From positions 124,001-188,000 of the forward strand of contig JAIVFI010000044.1 of the NCBI GenBank assembly GCA_025558095.1: a stretch of DNA of 64,000 nucleotides, written 5' to 3'. Source of the stretch: Hyaloraphidium curvatum SAG 235-1 (Eukaryota > Fungi > Monoblepharomycota). The notes beneath the pieces are model-generated. The model did no database searches. It saw only the letters and a list, made by a program, of their open reading frames with translations, and had not been told where the DNA came from. Positions within the stretch are counted from its first letter, which is position 1; every line of letters starts with the position of its first letter. Positions 23,095-33,200 of this stretch are shown here, one piece after another. A program made the translations under genes and the position numbers.

Positions 23095-25271
23095 ATGGAT
23101 CTCCGAAACCGGAAACCCGGGTCCACGGAGCCCCACGACACCGCGGACCCGCCCTCCAGCGGCCCATCCAACGGACATGCCGCACACGGCAACGGACCCT
23201 CCGGCGGCGGAATGAAAACCGACAATGCCGCCGCTCGGAGCCCGAAGAAACAGGAATCGCGCCGCGGTGTTTCCCTCTGGCTGCTGTCTCTGGTCCCGCT
23301 CGCCGCCGCCCTAGCTCTGCCCCTGCTGAGGCCGGACCTGCTGCCGCCCGACTTTGCCGATTCGCTGGAAGATTTCCGCGCGGAGCTCGCCGACCGCGTT
23401 GCTTTCGGCTCTTACCACCACCTCGCGGTGCGCGACGCCGATTCCAGCTTCCCGACGTTCACCGATGCGGACTACGATGCCCCCGCCGCGGACCCGGGCC
23501 CGGACTGGATGCTGCGGTTGCGGTGGCGCCTTTCGGAGCGGGTGCGCGGGGAGGGCGATCCGGCCGACGATGCCCTGCTCGGCAACGCGCTCGTGGACGG
23601 GAGGTGGGACCTGCCGCGCCCCTCTCCTTTCCGGCACGCTCATCCGCCCCGCTCCGCAGCCTCCCGGACCCGGAGACGGACCCCGAGACGGACCCCCTCG
23701 CACTCCTCCGGCTGCACGCGCGGTTCTCCATGGACCGCGCGCTCTCCACCACGCGGATCCCCATCTCCTCGATCTCCCCCTGGGCCAAGGCGCTGCTGTC
23801 CCGGGACGGGACCGCGCTCCCCCGTGCGCTGCACCGCCTGCTCGCCGACGACGATGCGGAGGGGGAGGGGGTGCCGGCGGGGGACACGGTGGCGGTGTGG
23901 CGGCTCCGGTCGCACGCCAACCGGCTGTTTCTCAGGCTGCTGATGCGGGTCTGCCTCGCCACGGAGGAGCGGCTGGAAGCTTGCCGCAGGCGCGCGGGGG
24001 CGAAGGACGAGTTCGGGATGGACCTCGCGCTGCGGCTGTGGTCGGACGGCAACCTCGCCGGTGCGCGGTGGGCCGCGTCGGCGCTGGGCGCGCGCGCGGG
24101 GAGGGACGGGTGGGGCAGGGGCCCGCGGAACCTCACGTATGCGCGGTTCGTCGAGAATTCGCGGAAATGGGCCGCCGAGGGCTCCGATTGCGAGGTGCCC
24201 GTCGTGAAGATAACCTCGCTGCACGACCGCGCGGGGTTCGCCGAGGTGCGGAGGCTGATGGAGGAGAACGAGCCCGTGCTGATGAGGGGGGTGGGGTACC
24301 ACCTCCTGGGCGGGCCGAGGGTGCTGGGGACCGACGTGGGGAAGCTCGTGGAGAAGGTGGAGAAGGCGATGCGTGCCGAGGCTGCGGGGGAGAGCGTCGA
24401 GGAGGAGGAGGAGGAGCAGGATGAGGATGAGGAGGACGAGGAGAGGGAAGAGAGGGAGCGGTTGCGGGAGCTGGAGAACTGGGACAAGCGCGGCCCGGGG
24501 AGCGCGGGCAAGGAGGCCAAGCCGCCCGGCGTGGCGGTGGGCAGCGTGCCCTACGCCGGGTACTTTGCGCTGCCCACGCGGCGGATGGGCCTCTTGGAGT
24601 ACTACCGGCGGCACGTGGCGGCCGAGGGCACCGTGCCCGAAGCCGGGGACGGGGTGCCGTACGTGTTCGAGAAGAACCCCCGCGTGACGCGGGACGGGCT
24701 GTCGATGGTGTCGCAGATCCTGGAGCTGGTGTTTTACCGCGAGGACAGGGAGCGTGACGGGATGGTCTGTCCGGTGGCGGGTGGTAGGAACGGCGCGGGG
24801 GAGAGCGTGCATTTTTACCTGGGGAGGAAGGGGTCGGGTGCGCCGACGCACATCCATGCGGATGCGATCAATTTTCTCGTCAAGGGGTGGAAGCGGTGGT
24901 TCGTGGTGGGTGGATCCGGTGCAGGAGGCGGGCTTCCGACCGTTGCCTGACGCGCACCTGTTCAGCATCCGCCCCTGCAATCCCTCTATTCGCGCACGCC
25001 GGTGCCCTTCTACCCCTCGCTCCTGTCGGAGCACTACCCCACGCACCCCAAGCCCCTCGAGTGCGTGCAGAAGCCCGGCGACGCCTTCTTCGTCCCCTTC
25101 GACTGGGGCCACGGCGTGCTGAACGAGGCCGACGAGGTCGAGGCCAGGCTGAACCCCAAGAATGCGGGGACCAACTTCGGGTACGCGGTGGAGCTGGTCA
25201 ACAGGCGGTCGGTCGGGGCATTGCCCGTGCCCGGGGGGAAGAAGGGCAGGGGCGGGTGGGGGTGCGAGTGA
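23095..25271 (+). CDS. Membrane-anchored JmjC/cupin protein (JMJD8-like HxH..H)
   Basis: N-terminal TM, FYLGRKGSGAPTHIHADAIN..GWKRWF, PLECVQKPGDAFFVPFDWGHGVLN. Introns at about 23604-23659 and 24907-24966. Confidence 0.8.
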
Positions 25272-25597
25272 CGATCGAGATATACCCGGTGAATGCGACC
25301 CCTAGATCGACTAGAAATCAATTCTACGCCGAATTAGAGTTCTTTCTGTCGTCTTGTTTCCATTAACTTGGCGGCGAACACGGAGAGCGAGTGAGTCAAT
25401 CCGCGCACCGCCACCAACCGCCGTTCCTGATCCTGTTTCGGGAACGGCTATCGCCGCCGCCGCCCGTGGTCCGCACCGGCAGCCGCGGGCTCATTGAATG
25501 CTTAGAAGGGCCTGCGCCCCGTGCCGAGAGTGAGGCGCCCTTGGGACGGGCGAGGGCGCTGGCCGGTCGGGACGCCGGTTGCCGTCCCGCGGCCGCC

Positions 25598-26818
25598 ATG
25601 GCCGACACCGCGCCGACCGCCGTCGCGTACCTCGACTCCCCGGCGGACGACCGCCCGTCGGCGTCGCCGGCCGACACGGCGCACGACGCGGACGCCCACG
25701 ACGGCGACCCCGACTCGCCCGACGACGCGTCGACCGCCTCGACCTCCTCGACCGCGGGTGCCGCCCAGGCCCGGCACGGACAGAGGGGAGGACGGGCTCC
25801 CCGCGAGGGCACCAATCGACTGAACGTGCTCATCACCGGCGGCTCGTCCGGCATCGGCCGCTCGCTCGTGCTGCGCTTCGCAGAGGCAGGCCACCGCGTG
25901 CTCTTCACCTTCTTCAGCAACCCCGCCGGCGCCGCCGAGGTGGTCGCGCACTGCGCACAGGCTGAGGGCAAGCCGCTCGACGAGACCTCTGGTCTGCTGG
26001 ACACCCTCGCCGCCGCCCCCGGCAGCCCGATCGACCTCGCCGCCGCGCGGAACACCGTCCTCCGCGGCCCCGGCGGCGCCGTCACCGCCGCCTTCCTCGA
26101 CCAGGGCGACCCCGCCTCCACCTCCGCCATCTCGGACCTCGTGGCCACCTGGCTCCCGCCGGGCACCCACCTCGACGTGCTGGTGAACAACGCCGCGCTG
26201 GGCAGCCGCACCGTCGAGACCTACGTCCGCCTCAAATCCCCCCCCACCCCCGCGGACCCGGACTCGCTCCTCCCCCTGCCGTACCGGCACGACCTGGCCC
26301 TCCTCCGCGTCAACTCCCTCGGCCCCGTGTGGCTCACCTCCCGCCTCTCCCCCCACCTCTCCCCGCGCGCGCGCATCCTGCTCCTCGGCTCCGTGGGCGG
26401 CAACTCGGGCGTGTTCCCCGAGTACCGCGCGTCGGACCTCATGTCCAAGGCCGCGCTGGGGTACGCGGGGAAGCACATGGCCGCGCGGTGGATGGCGGAT
26501 ACCCCGGGAGGGGCGTGGGGACCGGAAGGCTACCCCGGCAACGAATCCGGCGCGTCCGGGGCCGGTTGGACCGTGATCACGGTGGCACCCGGTGCCACGC
26601 AGACGGCCATGTTCCGCGCGTCGAACCCCGCCGAAGCGGCGGGCAAGCACGCCGGCACGTTCCCGCCCAGGGGGAGGCTGATCGACCCCGAGGAGATCGC
26701 GGAGCTGGTGTACTACTGCGGCGCCGGCAAGGGCGCGGAGGTGCTCCACGGTGCGGTGGTGGATGCCAGCCTGGGGCTGGGGAGCAGGTGGGGGGTGCAG
26801 ACCGAGAGGCCGAGGTGA
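25598..26818 (+). CDS. Short-chain dehydrogenase/reductase with atypical active site
   Basis: VLITGGSSGIG, LDVLVNNAA, VAPGATQTAM, GAVVDASLG. DLMSK occupies the YxxxK position. Single exon. Confidence 0.85.
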   Translation: MADTAPTAVAYLDSPADDRPSASPADTAHDADAHDGDPDSPDDASTASTSSTAGAAQARHGQRGGRAPREGTNRLNVLITGGSSGIGRSLVLRFAEAGHRVLFTFFSNPAGAAEVVAHCAQAEGKPLDETSGLLDTLAAAPGSPIDLAAARNTVLRGPGGAVTAAFLDQGDPASTSAISDLVATWLPPGTHLDVLVNNAALGSRTVETYVRLKSPPTPADPDSLLPLPYRHDLALLRVNSLGPVWLTSRLSPHLSPRARILLLGSVGGNSGVFPEYRASDLMSKAALGYAGKHMAARWMADTPGGAWGPEGYPGNESGASGAGWTVITVAPGATQTAMFRASNPAEAAGKHAGTFPPRGRLIDPEEIAELVYYCGAGKGAEVLHGAVVDASLGLGSRWGVQTERPR

Positions 26819-26909
26819 CAGCGGCAAGGGGGTGAGGCTAAGCTATAGATTGTGAAGGCCCGCGCATTGCTAGACGGCCACCAACGAACATACGGCATCC
26901 GAGGCTGCG

Positions 26910-27806
26910 CTACACCCTGTTCCTCGCGTCGCGCTCCTTGCTCCCCACCGTCCCGACCGCCCGCTCCATCTCGGCGGCCGTGCCGTCCCACTCCCGCCGC
27001 ACCGCGCTCCGCTTCCCGGACATCCAGTCGGCCCATTCCGCCAGCTGCTCCGGGATCGCCGCGCGGATGGGCGCGATCAGGGCGTCGTGGATGCGCAGCA
27101 GCACGGGGAGCACGAATGCGAGGAGGAAGCCCTGCACGAGAAGCAACGGGAGGGTGTGGATGCCCGAGACCGCTGCACGGACGTTCCCCGTCAGCAACGA
27201 ACACCGTCCGGACGCCACGGAGCGCACCTTCGGCGATCCGATCGGTGCGGTACCAGTCCTCCTGCCTCTCCACGAACCACTTCCCTCCCTTCCTCCGCAG
27301 CTTCATCGTCGTGACCAGCCTCGCGTTGGCCGCGCCGTTGGGAGCAAGGGGGACGAGGAGGTGCCGGAACTTGTGGTGGAAGTGCTGCGTGAGGTCGACG
27401 AACCTTTCCGGCGGCTCGATCAGCATGGGAAGCGGCGGAGGGGGGGAGCGGGCTTACAGGGTGCGGGTACCCTCGTCGAACGCGATCGCGTTGAATTCCA
27501 CACGGAGGACCCAGTTCTGGCGGACCCACATCTCGTCTGCAGTCCGATCCCGCTAGCTGAGCCCAAATGGATGAGTTCTGCCACGCGAGAGGACCCACAG
27601 ATCCCGCAGACGGCGTCGACGCCCTTGACCACGAAAAAGGGATGGACGAAGGTCGCGTCGGGGAGGAACAGCTCCCTGACGGCGTCCCACCGCGATGAGC
27701 TGGCGATCGCCGCCGCGTCGGAACCGCCGTCCGCGGGCGCGGGGGCGTTGCCGGCGGCCAGGATCCGGCGTGCAAAGAGCGGGAAGTCCTTCGGCGGGTC
27801 GTCCAT
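26910..27806 (-). CDS. NTF2/SnoaL-like fold protein with C-terminal hydrophobic helix
   Basis: LFLPDATFVHPFFVVKG, VEFNAIAFDE, FVDLTQHF, RLVTTMKL, KWFVERQEDWY. About three introns. Confidence 0.65.
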
Positions 27807-28128
27807 GTCTTCGGATGCCCGCTTTCGCTTTCGTGGAGCGGAGAGGGCGCAGAGCGTTGTTGACGCGGTCCCCGCCGCGGCAAAACACGCCGCCGCTGAC
27901 CAACCGCGCCGCCCAAAAGCCGGTCCGGACGCCTTCCGGGCTTCAATCCCGGGAGCATATTGCTCCGGAAGTTCTGTTCCCGTCGGGAACCCCGGTCTCG
28001 CTGCTCCGCAGCGGCAGGCGGGCGCTCGCATTCTTCCGCGCCGCCGGACGATCCCGCACGCGCATCGCGGCGCCACCCCCCCCTTTTGCCCCTCTTTCGC
28101 CTCCCGACTGCTCCAATAGTTCAACAAC

Positions 28129-29919
28129 ATGTTCACGGGCATCGTGGAGCACGTCGGCGAGGTCCTCGCCCTGGCCGAGTCCAACGGAAACAAAATCGTC
28201 ACGGTCGGCAACGCCGGGCCCGTGCTGGCCGACACCAAGGTCGGGGACCAGCTGAGCGTCAACGGTTGGCCTTTTCTGCGCGGACTTCGGGGGGGCGAGG
28301 CTGAACGGGGTCGACTCTAGGCGTCAGGCTCACGGTGCAGTCGATTGACGAGGCGAGGACGTCGTTCACGGTCAATGTCACGCCCGAGAGCGCGAGGAGG
28401 TCCAACCTCGGTAGGTCGTCGCGTGCTCGTGCTTTCATCGGCGCTCATCTGCCCTTTTGCGGTCAAGGCGAGCTCGAGGTCGTGACCCCGACCAGCGGCA
28501 TCGTCGGCAAGGTCAACCTGGAGCGCCCTCTCCACAAGGACTCGCGCTTCGGCGGGCACTTCGTCCAGGGCCACATCGACACGACCTCAACGATCGTTTC
28601 CATCGCCCCGGACCCGCCGGGGAGCTCCAAGATCTACACCTTCGAGATCCCCGCCGGCGGGCAGCCCGACCCCTTCGCCTACATCGTCCCCAAGGGCAAC
28701 ATCACCCTCGACGGCGCTTCGCTGACGGTCGTGGCGGTCGACGCCGCCAAGCGCACCTTCTCGATCCTCCTCACGCCCTACACGGCCGCGCACGTGACCC
28801 TCGGCGTCAAGCCCGTGGGCGCCAAGATCAACGTCGAGGTCGACGTGGTGGGAAAGTACGTCGAGAAGGTCGTCGGCAAGCTGCTCCAGTCCGGCGCGGA
28901 GCAGGCGTCGAGCTCCGCCGCGGCCGCCGTGGGCCCCGTGCTGACGGCGGACAAGGTGTCGGAGAAGGTGCAGGAGGTCATTGCGAGCTTCGCCACCAAC
29001 GAAGGGGATTCCCTCGGGAGCGACGTTGCCGTGCGGAGGGTGCTGGAGAACGTCGTCGAGGGCACAGTCCGGAACGTCCTGGGGGAGAAGGTCGTGGACG
29101 AGAGCCCGCGCTTCACCGGTGCCGAGGCGGCCAAGTCGTACCAGGATTCGCTCAAGAAGGCCCACGAGGTGGACGAGTTTGAGTTTGACGACATGGATGA
29201 GGCCTTGGCAGCTTTCGGTGGGCACGGCGTACTCACTGGTTAGCCGACGGTGACTGATCCCGTTGTTCTTAGCCAAGGGCGACTTCCTCATTGTCGTCGA
29301 CTCGATCGACCGCGAGAACGAAGGCGATCTGATCGCCGCCGCGCAGTTCATGACGCCCCAGAAGATGGCTTTCATGGTCCGGCACACCACGGGCATCATC
29401 TGCGTTCCCCTGCTTGCCGAACGGTGCGCGCAGCTCGGCCTGCCCCTGATGGTCCCGCCGAGCGGAAACAAGGAGTACATGGGGACGGCCTTCACGGTCA
29501 CGGTCGATCTGAAAAAGGGCACCACCACCGGCGTGTCGGCCAACGATCGGACGCTCACGGTCAAGGCGCTTGCGGACGAGGCCATCAGGGGAGAGGACTT
29601 TGTGATGCCTGGACACATTTTCCCCCTCATGTACCGCAAGGGCGGTGTTTTGAAGCGGACTGGACATACGGAAGCCGGTGTCGGTGAGTTTTCCACCGCG
29701 CGGACCCATCTTCTATTCTGAACGCTCCTCGCAGATCTCTGTAAGCTCACCAACCTCTACCCCGCCGGCGTCCTCTCGGAGATCGTCCTGGACAACGGGG
29801 AAATGGCCCGGCGCGACGATCTGAAGAAGCTGGCCAAGGAATGGGGCCTCAAGATGATCAGCATCGAGGACATGGCCAAGTACAGGATCAAGCACGGGTT
29901 CACCGGCGAGGACTGGTGA
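28129..29919 (+). CDS. Fusion of a riboflavin synthase-like domain (Rib5) and 3,4-dihydroxy-2-butanone-4-phosphate synthase (Rib3)
   Basis: MFTGIVE, VNLER, FGGHFVQGHID, KGNITLDGASLTV, INVEVDVVGKYVE, then DRENEGDLI, TAFTVTVD, TTTGVSANDR, PGHIFPL, GGVLKRTGHTEAGVDLC. Introns 28265-28320, 28411-28467, 29218-29272, 29684-29734. Confidence 0.92.
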
Positions 29920-30289
29920 CCGGGGCCACGGGTGGCGCGGCCAGGCGCTGCCGGCAGCATAGACCATCTGTTCCCTTTATGAACATGCTGCCTTGCTGCT
30001 TGAGACGTCTCCCGAAGCTTTGTGCTTGTGGGCGAGAGTACAGATCGAAGTCAAGAGGTGCTGCCAAACACACGCCGGCTGCCAATTCTCTCGCTACCCA
30101 GACGGCCTCGTCGGCCCGGGAGAATCCCGCGCCCGGTCGTCGGAGTTTTTCGCTCGACCCCGATCGAAAGCTGCGGCTGCCCTTTGCGGGCCGCCCGCCC
30201 CGCGCCGCGCAGGGCCGGGGTCAACAAGCCGCGCGGCGCCCGGAGCGCAACACCCAAACCCGCCATCGCGCCCGGAAAAAGGACCGCTC

Positions 30290-33200
30290 ATGGCATCGTA
30301 CTCTCCTGGAAGTGGTCGCGGAGGGTGGTCTTTCGGCAGCACGTCGCCGGGCCGGGGAACGGCGGGGCAAACAGTGCAGTCCTTGAACGCTGCGTCGGCC
30401 GGCGCCTCACCCTCGTACGGCTGGCCGCGCCCGCACGGCTTTGAGGTTTTCGCCGCTTCGGACGCTCTTTCTTCGCCAATCGGGGCGGCCGGATACCAGC
30501 CTGACCGGAACTCGGAAGGCGCGTCCGGGTCGCGGGGCGGCTCCCCTACCATTGGCATCGAGACCGGAGGGGGTCAACGTGGGGGTGCCGAGTACTCCCA
30601 CAACTCTCCTATGTCTCCCGGGCCCGGTTCGCCTCAAACTCATGTCGCGCTCGGGGTGGCGACGCTGCTGCGCGACGAACCGGATGTTGCTCGGAACCGG
30701 GAGAAGATCGCCTTCCTTTCCCTTCCGTGCAAGCAAAACGGCAAGGCTCCGGACAGCAACACTTCGGGAGGCCTCATGTCGAAGCTGCTGAAGAAGTCCA
30801 AGGATGTGAGTTCTGTCCGTTCGTTCTTTTTCGGTTCCGCTGACAAGCTTGCGCTCAGTCCGGTCAGTTCAAGGCTTCCGGGGACGTGGATTTCAAATCC
30901 ATGCTCTTGCCTTCTATCTTGGAGGCGGCCGCCGCCCCCGTCTACCCGTCGGACGACCGACAGTCCCGCCCTGCCTCTCCGGCCCGCAAGTCCTCGCCGG
31001 TCAGGGCGCCGTCTCGCTCCCCTTCCCCCTTCTCCATGAGCCGACAAAGAGGCAAATCGCGCGATTTCATGGAGGATGGCTCGGAAGACGAAGACGACTT
31101 CGGACTTCCGCCGCTACCTGGAAGGGCGAGCCGGGTGAGGAACCCGTCGACGGCCGCCATCACCTCCCCTTCGCGACGAGTGTCGTACGGCGTGGCCTCC
31201 CCCACTTCCCCTTCTCGGGGTCCCGCCATTCCCGACGAGTCGCAGTGGTTGGCTCTGAACCAGCTCCGGATCCATGCCGGCACGCCGGAGCGGAGCCCGC
31301 GCGGCGTGGAGCGGATCCTGCAGTACTTTGCCCAGCTGGAGTACCTGGAGAAAAAGTTTCCCTTCGAGAGTGGGCACTCGAAGATTCACGGCGGATTCCG
31401 TTGGTTTGAGGCCTTCGCGGACCAGAAGAGTGAGTATTCTCGACGGGCCTTGCGACTGCCCGTGCTAAAGCTGACCTCCGTCGCCGCAGTGTTTTCTTCG
31501 AACGCGCTCATCACGGATTGTATCCAGTACGAGAAAGGCGCGACCCTGTACAACCTGGCTGCTCTCTACTCGCAGTTGGGGTGCAGCTCCAGGTTGTGGA
31601 CTCCCGAGGGCTTGAAGGAGGCCGGCAACTACTTCCAAAAGGCAGCCGGAGTGCTCACCTATGTTCGGAACTCCCTCCAACCGCGCTTCCGAATCAAGCT
31701 CGAGAAGAGCTCGGACCTAAGCGAGCCCAGTCTGACCGCGGCGATTCAGCTCTGTTTGGCTCAGGCTTGCGAGTGCTTCTACGAGCGTGCCAACAAAGGT
31801 GGGCATTCTTGTACTTGCTCGCGACCTTTTCTCACACCAATCCTTTCAGATCAAACCAGCAAGAGCCTTTGCAAGGTCGCAGCGCAGACTGCAGACCTGT
31901 ACGAGCAAGCTCTGGATACCGCCCGCTCGATGCAGTCCAAGACCTGGGCGCGTTTCCCGGCGGAGTGGTTCGTGGTCTTGAGGTGCAAGCGGCTCCTCTT
32001 CCAGGCCATATCGCTCCTTCACACGGAGAACTCGCTCCCGGACCCCGTCAACACCGCCGTCGGAGAACGTGTCGCCCGGCTGCGGCTCTCGGTCGAAGCA
32101 GCGGAGCAGGCCGCCAAGGAGGCCAAGGCTCTCAAGTCGCCGTGGTCTGCCGGCCTCAAGATCCTGGTGCAGGAGTACCTCGAGCTCATGCTTTCGAGCT
32201 TCATGCTCGCGGAATCGGCCAACATGCAGAACTACCACCAGACGGAGCCGGATCGCCGGCTGCTCGCGCCTCCCCCGCGGCCCAAGGCGTCGCTCGTGGA
32301 GGCCTTCGACTTCAAGAGGGACATGCTTGGGGATGACACCCGCTTCATCGACTTGCTGGAGGGCGTGAAGGCGCCGCAGGTTTGGGGCGACTTCAACGGG
32401 TTCGCACAGTCGGCCAAGGAGACGGCTGCGTGGGGGGTGTTGGAGCTGCGGAAGGCGATGGATCTCGTCGAGAGCCGCCTCGGGAAGCTGGACATCAGGC
32501 TGGCCGGCACCGGGCACTACGAATCGGCTCCTATCCTGAGCAACTCGGCCTTGCTTGCGGCGGCCAATGCCGCTCAAGCAGTGCGGCAGGAGACGGACCA
32601 GGTCCTGGCAAAGCTTGTGGAGGCGCAAGCGGAAGAGTCCATGCTCGCCAGCACCGACGTTGTCGCCAAGCTCGAGGAGTTGCAGAAGTGGACTTCGAAG
32701 AACGTGGATGAGGTGAGAGAACGCCGAAGATTGGATGACCAAGCTGACTCGTCTTCGACAGAGCGTCTATATCCTGGACCACATCGATACCTCCAGCTTC
32801 CCGCAGGATCCTTCCGTGTTTACCCACGTCGGCAACTTGCGCAGCGCGGTCTCGCGCATTTCGTCGGAGCTCGGGGCCCGTGCCGAGGCGATCGCGGCAC
32901 TCAGGAACGAGTTTGCGTCCGTGGACCTCGACGTGCTGGAGTGGAACGAGGAGAAGCTCCAATCTGTCATTCCCATGCTGCAAAAGTCGAAGGACCTCAT
33001 CAAGCAGCACGTCAAGAGCTTCGACAGGGAAACCTGCATGCAGCGCGCCGAGGAGATCCGCCAGCAGTGCGAGGTCAAGATCCAGGAGCTCGTGTCTGTC
33101 GAATCCGACATTGGTGAGGAGTTCTTGCTAATCAGCCAAAAGCAAACTTACCCTTTTCGCCACGCCAGATACGGTCGGCCCCACCACCGATCTCCACGTC

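Noticed and set aside
7146-27806. One large secondary-metabolite cluster (TF, P450, prenyltransferase, glycosyltransferase, JmjC, SDR, SnoaL-like)
   Set aside because: No backbone enzyme, housekeeping genes (TMEM70-like, MPC1) are interspersed, and POFUT1 acts on proteins.
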